A DNA stretch of 64,000 nucleotides from a virus (IMGVR_UViG_3300035698_025127:55933-119932); one strand, 5' to 3'. Shown: positions 21,214 to 31,022, counted from the stretch's first letter. Notes: generated by a model from the letters alone, not told the origin. Numbers and translations: made by a program.

Positions 21214-22119
21214 ATGAGAACAGTTATTTTCCACCATGGCGACCTTGACGGCTATGCTTCCGTCTGGGCATATTGTAAAATTACATGCACACCACGAACC
21301 GATATTATAGCAATTCCGGTAAATTATGGAGATACCGATTGGAAGAACTACGACATGGAATCACTTAAAAACAAAAAAGTTTTTATGTTTGATTTTTCGG
21401 TATCTAAAGAAGTAATTAGTGAAATTGAAAAGGTTGCGGAATCTTTTCTTCTTATTGACCACCATCAAAGTGCAGTAGAGCTACTTGGTGGCCTTCCCAA
21501 TTGTCATATTGATACAAATTTCTGTGGTGCTGTAAACGTATGGCGCTATTATTCCAAAACAGAAATCCCCCCATTCCTGCAATATGTCCAAAAATTAGAC
21601 CTTTGGCAATTTACCAATAGGCAAGAAGAATATATTTGTATGGGTTTATCCCAGATTGATCTTCGCTATGATGCTATTAATGAAATTGCGGAAAATTTTT
21701 ACAAGTTTTCATATCAACAAGATACTATTGCAAAATATCTTGCAAAAATAGGTGAAATGAAATACAGCAATGTACATAGGAGGGCCAAAAACACACTCAG
21801 GAATGGCCCGGCGTTCTATCTTGCTAGTACGGGTAGCATTTCCTTTAAAAAATACCACGAGGACGATATTCCGATGTTTAATATTCGTGATATTTTGTGG
21901 GCAAGTTCGGCGCTTTTCAAATATTCAGATTATAACCAAGTAGGATCTTTTATAATGAAAAATGACATTGTTTTGTTTTCCCTAAGAGGTATTGAAGGAC
22001 ACGAAGTGCTTCCGATTGCCAAAAAAATGAACGGTGGTGGACATCCAATGGCGTGTGGGTTTGAAATGTCTATTTCTGAATTTATTATTAGTGTGAACGA
22101 AGCTTGTCGTGAATACTAA
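21214..22119 (+). CDS. DHH/DHHA1 phosphoesterase
   Basis: H.DLDG, FDFS, IDHH, DLW, FSLR, GGGH..ACG. Confidence 0.85.
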   Translation: MRTVIFHHGDLDGYASVWAYCKITCTPRTDIIAIPVNYGDTDWKNYDMESLKNKKVFMFDFSVSKEVISEIEKVAESFLLIDHHQSAVELLGGLPNCHIDTNFCGAVNVWRYYSKTEIPPFLQYVQKLDLWQFTNRQEEYICMGLSQIDLRYDAINEIAENFYKFSYQQDTIAKYLAKIGEMKYSNVHRRAKNTLRNGPAFYLASTGSISFKKYHEDDIPMFNIRDILWASSALFKYSDYNQVGSFIMKNDIVLFSLRGIEGHEVLPIAKKMNGGGHPMACGFEMSISEFIISVNEACREY

Positions 22120-22360
22120 AAACTACGGAATTGACAATATTAAACATGTAGGCCATTATTACCATGATCATTATATTGTTATTCTAGATGATATAGGAGA
22201 GCAAGAGCAAAATCTTGAAATTGAACCCGGAATGCTTGCCGTTATTACGACGGATGGAGATAGGATTATGTCGGAAATTCTCGACATTGAAACATTTTGC
22301 GGAACGTTTCAGGACAAACATGATGACCAATTTAGAATCTACTTTTTCGGAAAGGCATAA
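22109..22360 (+). CDS. hypothetical protein
   Basis: 83 aa, packed. Confidence 0.5.
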   Translation: MNTKNYGIDNIKHVGHYYHDHYIVILDDIGEQEQNLEIEPGMLAVITTDGDRIMSEILDIETFCGTFQDKHDDQFRIYFFGKA

Positions 22361-22364
22361 TGAA

Positions 22365-22820
22365 ATGTATTCATGTGATAGTAACCATCAAAAGCGTATT
22401 ATGATTGTTAGGGCGATTAACCAGGCAATTGTCCCATTTAACGTTCATAATAGAAATCAAATAGCAATGCCTTTGCTATATGTTTATACACGATTTAATC
22501 GTGATTTTGAAGAAATTTATCCTGATTTTATATATAACAAGTGTAATGTTGTTAGTCAAAAAGCAACAGATGATATAAATAAGTCTGTACTGTCAACTAC
22601 TACAATGTATACAAAATATACAAAAGATATTATGAAAATAAAACATTTTTGTGCTGATACTGGCATAGGGATGACAACATTATCGCAAGTATTATTTCAA
22701 CTAGAAGCATCAAGAAAATCGCCTATTTTAGACAATATGTTACCAGAAGACAATGATAAAGTATTACTATTTTTATGGGACATGGAATATAAACGTCCTG
22801 CTACACAAACCATTAACTAA
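22365..22820 (+). CDS. hypothetical protein, possible HhH-GPD-like fold
   Basis: GIGMTTLSQVL...PILD...LW. Confidence 0.4.
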   Translation: MYSCDSNHQKRIMIVRAINQAIVPFNVHNRNQIAMPLLYVYTRFNRDFEEIYPDFIYNKCNVVSQKATDDINKSVLSTTTMYTKYTKDIMKIKHFCADTGIGMTTLSQVLFQLEASRKSPILDNMLPEDNDKVLLFLWDMEYKRPATQTIN

Positions 22821-22837
22821 CAAAGGAACAAAACGAA

Positions 22838-23377
22838 ATGATCTACAACATGGACAGATTATATGCCGGGCTACATTATTGTGGGGAAATTCGCGGCATT
22901 TTCAGGCTTTACAATACTTTTTATTTAGCAAAACACTTGACCGGTTATCCACTTGTTTATGAATGGATTCCAAGTAGCCGTGGTGCAAGTAATGGCCCGT
23001 CAAGCTATTATCTTGGAAACGATATTATTTTCTTGATTAGGCGCGGCTTTGTCAGTCAAGATATTTTGTCAGACCGTTCTGTGTCATTTAAAGCCATTAA
23101 TAACGAATATTTCAAAAAATCCAAAGACATTGAAAAGGAAACGGCATATTACAAGAAATTTTTTAAAATTATTAGTGGTATGGACTGGCAAGTTGTAGCA
23201 CTGGCAGCAGCTTATATTGCAGAACGTAATAAGCCGGACAACGATCTTGCACTGGTTAATAGTATTGTGGCCGAACGTAAACGTAGTATTTATACGACTG
23301 AAAGGATTGTCCAGGCAATTAACTTTATTAGTGAGATAGAAACAAAATCTATCTATGCAAAACCCGAAGATAAATAG
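22838..23377 (+). CDS. hypothetical protein, SocA/Panacea(DUF4065)/YwgA-like
   Basis: L...FYL...GY...YEW....GP.S..L pattern. Confidence 0.4.
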   Translation: MIYNMDRLYAGLHYCGEIRGIFRLYNTFYLAKHLTGYPLVYEWIPSSRGASNGPSSYYLGNDIIFLIRRGFVSQDILSDRSVSFKAINNEYFKKSKDIEKETAYYKKFFKIISGMDWQVVALAAAYIAERNKPDNDLALVNSIVAERKRSIYTTERIVQAINFISEIETKSIYAKPEDK

Positions 23378-23386
23378 AGGAACAAA

Positions 23387-23974
23387 ATGCAGGATTTTAG
23401 TCGCTATATAACACCAACAATGGCGGGGTATTACCATGAAAGAACAGCACGGCATATTAATCTTGTAAAGCAAAATGGATATAACGTTATCAAACATTTG
23501 CCAATGAATATGAAAATGAAAAACGAATTGGCGGCAAATTTGCAAAAACACGATATGTCAAAATTTGAAGATCCGGAAAAAACACCATACATCTTGATTA
23601 CATGGCGATACCATGTTTTAGAGGACGAATTTAGACGTTTGAATCTTACAAAAGAAATATTAGCAGATATGTCTGATATTACAGAATATCATGTTAAAAA
23701 TAACAAACATCACCCTGATTATTGGGATGACACTATAACAAGTAATTTTCTAAACCCTAAAGATAGAGATGCGCCGGGTGAAAAAGTTATCAATGCAACA
23801 AAAATGCCACTTGTAAGCATTATCGAAATGGTTTGTGATTGGTTTGCAGTTGGTCAGGAACGTGGAAATACCGCAAGAGAATGGGCTGGCCGTAGTATCG
23901 GAATACGCTGGGCATTTACAGAGCCACAAAAAATCTTTATTTACAATATAATTGACATTTTGGAAAATATCTAA
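23387..23974 (+). CDS. HD-superfamily protein (DUF5662-like)
   Basis: HDMSKF, H..NN.HHPDYW, MP...IIEMVCDW. Confidence 0.75.
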   Translation: MQDFSRYITPTMAGYYHERTARHINLVKQNGYNVIKHLPMNMKMKNELAANLQKHDMSKFEDPEKTPYILITWRYHVLEDEFRRLNLTKEILADMSDITEYHVKNNKHHPDYWDDTITSNFLNPKDRDAPGEKVINATKMPLVSIIEMVCDWFAVGQERGNTAREWAGRSIGIRWAFTEPQKIFIYNIIDILENI

Positions 23975-24306
23975 TGAAAAAGATACAATTATATGACAAA
24001 TTAGATATCCTTTTCTATAATGATGGCATTCAGATTTTTATGGCCACAGAATTTACAAATAGAAGGTTTCTTGGTGTTTTGATAGATTCTGGCGGCAAAG
24101 ATAATACTTATTTGATTATGGAACCTGACATTATTGCTTTTAATGAATTTTTAGCAAGTAAAAGAGACTTATTAAGTTTAATGATGGGTTCATCTATGCA
24201 TCAGGCAACTATAAATACCGATAAAAAACATTTTTGCTTACATACTACCTACAAGAAGATAAATAAGAAACTGTTGCCGGAGAAAGGGCAAACAAAATGG
24301 AACTAG
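23974..24306 (+). CDS. hypothetical protein
   Basis: 110 aa, coupled. Confidence 0.55.
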   Translation: MKKIQLYDKLDILFYNDGIQIFMATEFTNRRFLGVLIDSGGKDNTYLIMEPDIIAFNEFLASKRDLLSLMMGSSMHQATINTDKKHFCLHTTYKKINKKLLPEKGQTKWN

Positions 24307-24701
24307 AGAACTTAGTAACCGATATAACGGAAGCTAAGAAGTATGCAAAACCTGCAAACTTTATGCCACCGTTAAAAAAAACAGCAGCAACTTATTCGGA
24401 GATTTTAGCAAGTGCCTCCAAAGCCGCTGCACTGGAATATGCAAAAACAAAAATAAACCCTAAAGTATATTGTGCAGTCTTGCTAAACTATGGCATTGGC
24501 GCTAAAGTAACAATTGGGAAACTTGCAGACGATGTTAATTTTATTTCACACCTCCAATTGGAGGTATTAGGAAGAGAATATGACGTCCGTCCTGTTGATT
24601 CAATGACTATTTATGTTGGGTATCCATCTGCTTCTATTGGTAGAATCCCGGATATGATTCTCAAAGAAATTCTAAACGCCCCGATATGGCAACTTGTATA
24701 A
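24297..24701 (+). CDS. hypothetical protein
   Basis: 134 aa, packed. Confidence 0.55.
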   Translation: MELENLVTDITEAKKYAKPANFMPPLKKTAATYSEILASASKAAALEYAKTKINPKVYCAVLLNYGIGAKVTIGKLADDVNFISHLQLEVLGREYDVRPVDSMTIYVGYPSASIGRIPDMILKEILNAPIWQLV

Positions 24702-24710
24702 GGATTAAAT

Positions 24711-25346
24711 ATGTTTTTTACAAAGTTATTTTTCAAATTTAAGCATTGGTTTTTTCGCGCATGGACACTAGACTATCAAGCACGGGAAAGGGATTATTTC
24801 GGTACACCACACTGGCATTCATTAAGTCCGAGTTCTGCAAATATTATTATGTCAAAAATAAAATGGACAAAAGACGGATTTAAGGAATTGTGGGATGCAT
24901 CCCACCATCCATACTATTCCGATTATATTATTAATTCCATTTTGTTTACCCAAAATGTTGATATCGAAGCTGCAATCAAAATTGCAAAAAAAAGTTCATC
25001 TGAATTTTCGACTATGATGCAGCCAGTAAAAACCGGAGTCGGACAACCGGAAGGCTCATTTGATTGTGACGATTATGCTCTTTGGGCAGCAACGGCAATT
25101 CATTCACGCTATAAACCTATTGTCCTGTCCGTATTTTTCAAAACAGGCTGGTGGCCATGGCAAATTGGCGGACATGCTGTATGCATATATACATACAATA
25201 AGAAATTCTATCACATTGGAAATTGGGGGAAGTCTAAGGGCTATAAAACTGCAAAAGCACTAATTGACGATATTGTTAGCAAAACTGGCAATAAAAAATT
25301 AGTGGCGACGTATACCTATAAAATTAGCGACATTACAAACGATTAA
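24711..25346 (+). CDS. transglutaminase/papain-fold cysteine protease-like protein
   Basis: FDCDDYA, GHAVC, downstream N.G. Confidence 0.6.
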   Translation: MFFTKLFFKFKHWFFRAWTLDYQARERDYFGTPHWHSLSPSSANIIMSKIKWTKDGFKELWDASHHPYYSDYIINSILFTQNVDIEAAIKIAKKSSSEFSTMMQPVKTGVGQPEGSFDCDDYALWAATAIHSRYKPIVLSVFFKTGWWPWQIGGHAVCIYTYNKKFYHIGNWGKSKGYKTAKALIDDIVSKTGNKKLVATYTYKISDITND

Positions 25347-25354
25347 GAGGAATC

Positions 25355-25957
25355 ATGGAAAACAAAATTTTTGTAGAAGTTGAAGGCGTGGATTATTCTG
25401 GCAAAACCACTTTGATGGGGCACTTAGTAAATAGACTTGGTATTGTAGACCATTATTTCACAAGAGAACCATACAAAGGAGAATACCGCAATCTACTTTT
25501 AAATGCACCTTTGAAGCGCGATGAAGCTCTGGAAATTTTTGTAAAGGATCGCATAGAACACGTCAAAAGGATGAATACGTTGCCACATAAATATATCTGG
25601 TGCGACCGATATCTTCTCTCGACACTAGTTTATCAAACGGGGACTGAAAAAGAAATTGTGGAAATTATGGAAATGCATAAAGAGGAAAATCTTCCACTCC
25701 CAGATGTTCTGGTTTATTTATTCTGCTCAAAAGAAGTTGCCCGGCAAAGAGCATCAGAACGGCCAGAAACTAACCACTATGACGAACACCACCGAGAGAA
25801 TGCTAAAAGGTATAGGAAAGTTTTATCAAGCGATTCTACGCCATATTACAAGACAATTCCGGTACTGGAGTTCGATACAAGCGTACATGGGCCGGAAGCA
25901 ATTGCCAAACATGTTTGGGATTCGGTCAAGAAGAAAATAGTATTCGCAAATGAATAA
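25355..25957 (+). CDS. tmk: thymidylate kinase
   Basis: EGVDYSGKTT, TREP, CDRY..STLVYQ, PD..VYL. Confidence 0.9.
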   Translation: MENKIFVEVEGVDYSGKTTLMGHLVNRLGIVDHYFTREPYKGEYRNLLLNAPLKRDEALEIFVKDRIEHVKRMNTLPHKYIWCDRYLLSTLVYQTGTEKEIVEIMEMHKEENLPLPDVLVYLFCSKEVARQRASERPETNHYDEHHRENAKRYRKVLSSDSTPYYKTIPVLEFDTSVHGPEAIAKHVWDSVKKKIVFANE

Positions 25958-25989
25958 AGAAAAAGCCCCGATTAAGGGGCTTTTTCTTT
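25956..25989. terminator. bidirectional terminator between convergent units
   Basis: AAAGAAAAAGCCCC-gattaa-GGGGCTTTTTCTTT. Confidence 0.85.
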
Positions 25990-26132
25990 GCTCAATTATA
26001 CTTTTTTACATATACGTTTCAAGTTTGTCAATATGTTCCTGAAGTCGCCGGCATTCAAGCTGCTATTTTGCTAATTAGCATGCACACAAAGCCACAAACT
26101 CATTTTTTGTCAACTCAAAGACAATATTGTCT

Positions 26133-26612
26133 TTAGTCCAAGTGTTGATGCATGTTAAAATCCACATCGGCAATGCTATCACGGACAGCATTGTATGCAG
26201 CGGCTTTAAGATTCATTCCTTGTTCCATGGGCCCATTCACCAAGGGTCCAAGCCACAAAGTATATCCGGTTCTGTAGCTGTTTTTCCGAATGGCAATACC
26301 GCCATATTCGCAGACGAACTCAAAATAGCCGGAACGTTTTTCGTTCGCAACTTTTTTAAATTCGCTGATGAACTTGCGATTTTTGCCGGAGAACTCTAGC
26401 CAAACAAAGCCACACAGTTCGCGAAGCCGACCGACAACGCCACCAATTTCGCCGCCTAATTCGTGGATACTTTGGCTAGTAGTGTTTAGCCCGATATCCT
26501 CGACAACGGCATAAGCAGGGCCGGCTTTAAGAAGGACAACGATATGATTATGGGCTGCAATTTTAGCGGCTTTGGTGGCTTCAACGATCATATCTTTGAA
26601 TGTATTTTTCAT
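26133..26612 (-). CDS. hypothetical early protein
   Basis: ATG after the promoter-leader cassette; CGFVW motif. Confidence 0.65.
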   Translation of the reverse strand: MKNTFKDMIVEATKAAKIAAHNHIVVLLKAGPAYAVVEDIGLNTTSQSIHELGGEIGGVVGRLRELCGFVWLEFSGKNRKFISEFKKVANEKRSGYFEFVCEYGGIAIRKNSYRTGYTLWLGPLVNGPMEQGMNLKAAAYNAVRDSIADVDFNMHQHLD

Positions 26613-26630
26613 TGTCATTCTCTGTGTTAG

Positions 26631-26683
26631 TAGCTTGTCAATCAATCATAAGTAAACTATAGCATAGAAAATCATAATGTCAA
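26631..26683 (-). promoter_or_regulatory. promoter (16-bp spacer) plus GATTGATTGACAA leader
   Basis: TTGACA-16-TATAGT then gattgattgacaagcta. Confidence 0.8.
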
Positions 26684-26715
26684 GGAAAAAATGAAAAAAA
26701 CTATTATACATTACT

Positions 26716-26961
26716 TTATCTATCTCCTTGCATAAGGTCTTTAAATTCGGCCTGTGTAATAACATTTACGTCTGTAACACATTTTTCTTTACCGAAAAAT
26801 TCTCGAAAAGTTTTTCGGTTACGCTGGAGTTTTGCATATTTTTGTGCAACTTTTAAAGTATACGGACCTGCAAAATTATGAAAAAACTCTCCGCTATGTT
26901 TATTTGAACGTAATGCCATTTTAATGTGCACTATGTAATTTTTTTTAATATGTTGCGTCAT
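26716..26961 (-). CDS. hypothetical protein
   Basis: AAGG SD, 81 aa. Confidence 0.55.
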   Translation of the reverse strand: MTQHIKKNYIVHIKMALRSNKHSGEFFHNFAGPYTLKVAQKYAKLQRNRKTFREFFGKEKCVTDVNVITQAEFKDLMQGDR

Positions 26962-26996
26962 TTTTTTCCTTTGTTATACATTTTCATGTCAAATTC

Positions 26997-27302
26997 TTAA
27001 CAAGATACATTCATTATGTGGGGTAAATCCTGCTGCATCAAAACAGCACAAAGACTGTATTTTTCAACGCCCAGAATGGTATTTAACATTTCGTTAATAG
27101 CCTTTTGAGGGCTTTTTCTTTTGACACCGAAAAGCTGGCATGGTTCAAACACGCTTGGCGCATAAATGCCATAATAAAACCCATCGGTTTTTCTGCTGAT
27201 TCTGCCAAGTTCTCTTGACAATTCTTTTTTGTTACAAGGAACATATGTAATAACAATACTGTCCTTAATAACACCGCCCTGAATGAATATTGTGTTATTC
27301 AT
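26997..27302 (-). CDS. hypothetical protein
   Basis: GGAG SD before ATG 27302. Confidence 0.55.
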   Translation of the reverse strand: MNNTIFIQGGVIKDSIVITYVPCNKKELSRELGRISRKTDGFYYGIYAPSVFEPCQLFGVKRKSPQKAINEMLNTILGVEKYSLCAVLMQQDLPHIMNVSC

Positions 27303-27666
27303 TGTGTACTCCAAAATTCCTTTCACAGTGCGAAGCACTTGAAATACTATCATAATTGTAAATTGTGTGAAAGCACTTGTATTCGCCGAGATCATCTATA
27401 TGAACACAATTCAAAATAATTTTGGAATTATCCCATTTTGTAACCTTGCACACCCCATTGCCAGAAAAAATCTTTTCCGGTACTTCGAGGGAACTTACCT
27501 TGACAGGATTGGCTCGATCTTTTCCCGCTGCGATCAAAAGCGTTCCGAATACTCCAGTCACTGCCAATAGCACAAAAATAATCATGGAATATGCAAACCA
27601 TTTTGAAACTTTTTCTTTTTTGCTGCCATACAAATTCATTTTGTAAAGACTTTTAATTTTCGGCAT
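27295..27666 (-). CDS. membrane-anchored Cys-containing protein
   Basis: one TM helix, 4 Cys; AAGG SD. Confidence 0.55.
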   Translation of the reverse strand: MPKIKSLYKMNLYGSKKEKVSKWFAYSMIIFVLLAVTGVFGTLLIAAGKDRANPVKVSSLEVPEKIFSGNGVCKVTKWDNSKIILNCVHIDDLGEYKCFHTIYNYDSISSASHCERNFGVHNE

Positions 27667-27697
27667 GTTTTTTCCTTTTTCGTTTAAGTTAGGTTTT

Positions 27698-27726
27698 AAT
27701 ATATCACAAACCCCTAACTTTGTCAA
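27698..27726 (-). promoter_or_regulatory. sigma70-type promoter
   Basis: TTGACA-17-TATATT. Confidence 0.7.
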
Positions 27727-27772
27727 GTTTTAAATATAAAAAATAATCGTACGAATATATATATGGAGGTAC

Positions 27773-28048
27773 ATGATGAATGACAATTTAATTTATATTA
27801 TACTCGGTGGATTTGCTTTTGTTGGATTTAGCTCTTTGGGGCTAGGGAAATTATTATCAAAACTTTTTGGTAATAAAAGAAAACAAAAAAATACTCATAG
27901 CAATCCAAGATTACCAAAATACTCTAACCATAAAAAGGAATACGAAAAAGATGAAGACACTATTGATAAAACAGTGGGCAATCTTGCTATTGACAGTTTA
28001 CTTGACGTCATTGATGCCTCAATTAGTAATGGCAAGCGAAAAAAATAA
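27773..28048 (+). CDS. N-terminal TM protein, i-spanin-like (putative)
   Basis: GGAGG SD; N-terminal TM, charged helical tail; overlaps the next gene out of frame. Confidence 0.5.
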   Translation: MMNDNLIYIILGGFAFVGFSSLGLGKLLSKLFGNKRKQKNTHSNPRLPKYSNHKKEYEKDEDTIDKTVGNLAIDSLLDVIDASISNGKRKK

Positions 28049-28379
28049 GCACTCGGAAACTTTTAAAATTCCAGGTGTTTGCCACACTATGATATGCGGA
28101 GAGGAAAAATGCGAATGTATTATTCCCGAGAAATTTGAGTATGCTGTTACAGAAGACGTCATTAGGCAGTTTGTCAAAGAGAAAATGGGCAAAGAAGCGT
28201 GCAAAAATGAACTTGGGGACTGTACAAGCAATTTACAGGACTGTAAAACTCGGCCAGCAGAGACAAAAGTTATTGTAACGAATGAAATTCCGAATTGGGT
28301 ATGGTATGTTTTTGCGGCCGTGGCAGTTGTTACGCTCGTAGGTGGGGGATATGCTGGATACAAATTGGGTCAGTTATAA
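27951..28379 (+). CDS. signal-peptide protein with C-terminal TM, spanin-partner-like (putative)
   Basis: signal peptide, Cys-rich middle, C-terminal WVWYVFAAVAVVTLVGGGY helix. Confidence 0.5.
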   Translation: MKTLLIKQWAILLLTVYLTSLMPQLVMASEKNKHSETFKIPGVCHTMICGEEKCECIIPEKFEYAVTEDVIRQFVKEKMGKEACKNELGDCTSNLQDCKTRPAETKVIVTNEIPNWVWYVFAAVAVVTLVGGGYAGYKLGQL

Positions 28380-28530
28380 ATGTCAGTATTCTTTTATATT
28401 CACTGTCTTATTATCATTTTTATGATAATTGGTTTTCTGTGGTCATTAAAAAAAGATCACTTTTCGTACGTAATACTTTGGTTATATATTATTGGCTTTG
28501 TTTTCACTATATTTTGTGGAGTTTTCTGGC

Positions 28531-28713
28531 ATGGATAAAAAACATTTAATTATGTATACATTGGGCAATAACATTTTGCACGATCCAACAATTTCTTTAC
28601 TTCCGCCCGATATTCTAAAAGAATTCGCTATTAGAATTTTGCGGTCCCTTGACGTTAATATTGATGGTGACATTGATATCGACAAACTTTTCGAGGAACT
28701 GGAACTTAGTTAA
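28531..28713 (+). CDS. hypothetical protein
   Basis: 60 aa, TAATG-coupled to the dnaE fragment. Confidence 0.4.
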   Translation: MDKKHLIMYTLGNNILHDPTISLLPPDILKEFAIRILRSLDVNIDGDIDIDKLFEELELS

Positions 28714-30083
28714 TGACAATTAACTGGACTCATTTACATACACATTCGGTGTATTCCGTTCGCGATGGGTTATCGTCTATAAATGATATCGTCAATAAGG
28801 CTAAAGAACATGGATTTTCAAGCGTTGCTTTGACTGACCACGGCACGGTTGCTGGTAGTTTTCAGTTCATAAATAGTGCTAAAAGCGCCGGAATCAAACC
28901 TATAATCGGTTCAGAGCTCTATATCGAAGCTGTACCAAGGAAATTGATTAAAAACCGCTCTGAGATAGACCACAGTCGTTATAAGAACGAATACAAAAAG
29001 TCAATCAATAGGATGCTGCGGTCCAATTACCATTTAGTTGCTCTTGCACAAAACTATCAGGGATATAAAAACCTTCTTAAAATTACAAATAATTCTATAG
29101 AAGAGGGCTATTTTTACAGGCCCTTGACTACAAAAAAAGTTCTTTTTGAAAATAGCCAGGGAATTTGTGCTTCTTCGGCATGTTTTGGTGGTGAAATAGC
29201 CCGGATGCTTTATGCTGGCAATACAGCACAAGCTGAATATGCTTTATCGGAATATAAAGAGGCTTTTCGGGGCAGATTCGCCATAGAGCTAATGATAATT
29301 AACTTCCCAAGACAAAAACAGATAAATGAAGAACTAATAAGATTAGCACATAAAACTAATACCCCTACAATTATTACTTGTGATTCTCATTACACTAATC
29401 AGAGTGAATATGACTTGCACAGAATTCTGCTGAATATTGATAATGTACGGCAGGGCATCAAGTTAGAAGACATTAGTAATGGCTGGGAATTCGACGCCAC
29501 AGACTTGTTTTATAAGTCCTTAAAACAAATTATGGAAGACTGGGAAAAGCAACATAAAAGTGATATATTTACAAAAGAAGTATTGCTTAATTCCATTCGA
29601 AATACGTCAAATATTATAGATTCTGTTGAAGAATATACACTCCAACACGTTCCTAGGCTTCCGACGTACGATAATGGTTACGAGGTGTTAAAGAAACGCT
29701 GTGTTACCGGGCTATATAATATGATACAAAACGGTATTATTGAAAAAACAAGAGGTTTTGAATATCAAAAAAGGCTAATATATGAATTAAAAACCATCAA
29801 ACAGTTAAATGCAGTCAGCTATATGCTACTGTTCGCCGATGTTACAAATTTTTGTGATAATCCTTTTGACAAAACAATATGGAGCGGGCATGAAATACCC
29901 GAAGAAATACGAGATTTAATTCCGTCAAGCGGAACTATTCCGCGTGGCACAGGTCGTGGATCTGCCGGTGGTTCTTTAGTTGCTTACTTATTAGGCATAA
30001 CCAAAGGTGTTGACCCGCTTAAATTTGATTTACTATTTGAACGCTTTCTTGACATTAATCGTGTCCCGAAAATGAAGTTCTAA
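28713..30083 (+). CDS. dnaE: DNA polymerase III alpha, N-terminal part (PHP plus start of palm); split gene
   Basis: HLHTHS.YS..DG, ALTDHG, SACFGGE, DSHY, GRGSAGGSLVAYLLGIT..DPLKFDLLFERFL, then stop. Confidence 0.88.
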   Translation: MTINWTHLHTHSVYSVRDGLSSINDIVNKAKEHGFSSVALTDHGTVAGSFQFINSAKSAGIKPIIGSELYIEAVPRKLIKNRSEIDHSRYKNEYKKSINRMLRSNYHLVALAQNYQGYKNLLKITNNSIEEGYFYRPLTTKKVLFENSQGICASSACFGGEIARMLYAGNTAQAEYALSEYKEAFRGRFAIELMIINFPRQKQINEELIRLAHKTNTPTIITCDSHYTNQSEYDLHRILLNIDNVRQGIKLEDISNGWEFDATDLFYKSLKQIMEDWEKQHKSDIFTKEVLLNSIRNTSNIIDSVEEYTLQHVPRLPTYDNGYEVLKKRCVTGLYNMIQNGIIEKTRGFEYQKRLIYELKTIKQLNAVSYMLLFADVTNFCDNPFDKTIWSGHEIPEEIRDLIPSSGTIPRGTGRGSAGGSLVAYLLGITKGVDPLKFDLLFERFLDINRVPKMKF

Positions 30084-30097
30084 GGAGACAAAAAAAC

Positions 30098-30370
30098 ATG
30101 CAAAAAATTAATGTATTCTCAGTCGAAGAAACTAAAATTCCTAACGCGCCTAGACAAGGCAAAGAACTTTCCAAAATGCCTACAAAAGGGAACTATTACT
30201 TTTTAGTAAAACTCTATGATAGTACTGGCAACTTTATCATGGCTGCGCATGGCAATGATTTACTAACAGCCAAAAAAACATTGGTAAATGATTTTATTGC
30301 GTCCAGATATTCCACTAATGCATTAAAGGAATATATTGACGAACTTAAACAATATGCAGAAACAGCATAA
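30098..30370 (+). CDS. hypothetical protein
   Basis: AGGAG SD. Confidence 0.6.
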   Translation: MQKINVFSVEETKIPNAPRQGKELSKMPTKGNYYFLVKLYDSTGNFIMAAHGNDLLTAKKTLVNDFIASRYSTNALKEYIDELKQYAETA

Positions 30371-30530
30371 AGACATAAAAACAGTCATAGACTTTTTAAT
30401 GACGTTAGAATGTCATGATAAGCACCGAGACTTTTTAGACAGCCTCATAAATTACTATAATGTAAATGGGGGGTTTACTGACAAACAACTTGACGTATTA
30501 AAAAGCATAATGATTTCCGAATCAATATAA
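30354..30530 (+). CDS. small hypothetical protein
   Basis: FLDSL...GFTDKQL..L. Confidence 0.5.
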   Translation: MQKQHKDIKTVIDFLMTLECHDKHRDFLDSLINYYNVNGGFTDKQLDVLKSIMISESI

Positions 30531-30532
30531 AG

Positions 30533-30558
30533 AAGAGGCCTAGCGCCTCTTTTTTTTT
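30533..30558 (+). terminator. intrinsic terminator
   Basis: AAGAGGC-ctagc-GCCTCTT plus T run. Confidence 0.8.
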
Positions 30559-30568
30559 CAAAAAAAAC

Positions 30569-30597
30569 TTGACAAACGCAACAAGATATGTTATAAC
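30569..30597 (+). promoter_or_regulatory. sigma70-type promoter
   Basis: TTGACA-17-TATAAC. Confidence 0.8.
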
Positions 30598-30638
30598 ATA
30601 GACAATTGATACAAAAAATACTTAACGAAAGGACAGCA

Positions 30639-31022
30639 ATGAAAAACATTTTTGTTTACGGCACATTAAAAGGTGTTGGTAAACAGCTTGTCGGTAAAGA
30701 TATCAAAGCCACTTTAAAGGGATGGGACCTTTACATGATTATGGACTGGAATGGAAAACCGACTTATCCGACTGTTAAATTATCTTCCAACCCCAATGCT
30801 ATTGTACATGGCGAAGTTCTTACCGATCTTGGTCCATTTGAAGTTGCATTTTTTGACCGATATGAAGGTTTTGAATCGGCCGAAAGTGAAACCAACCTAT
30901 ATAACAAAAAAACAGTAATTGCAACACTTGAAGACAGTTCAGAAATTGAAGTAGATGTATACGAGTTTAATAGTGAACTGTACGATGCTGACTTGCGAAA
31001 AATCGAGGGAGGAAAATTTTGA
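30639..31022 (+). CDS. gamma-glutamylcyclotransferase (AIG2/GGCT-like)
   Basis: IFVYGTLK, YP, VHGEV, FDRYEG, Y.K..V. Confidence 0.88.
   Translation: MKNIFVYGTLKGVGKQLVGKDIKATLKGWDLYMIMDWNGKPTYPTVKLSSNPNAIVHGEVLTDLGPFEVAFFDRYEGFESAESETNLYNKKTVIATLEDSSEIEVDVYEFNSELYDADLRKIEGGKF

Noticed and set aside
28531-28713. DIDID in the small ORF just upstream of the dnaE fragment as the missing catalytic motif
   Set aside because: It sits in an acidic C-terminal tail with no other palm sequence; most likely chance.
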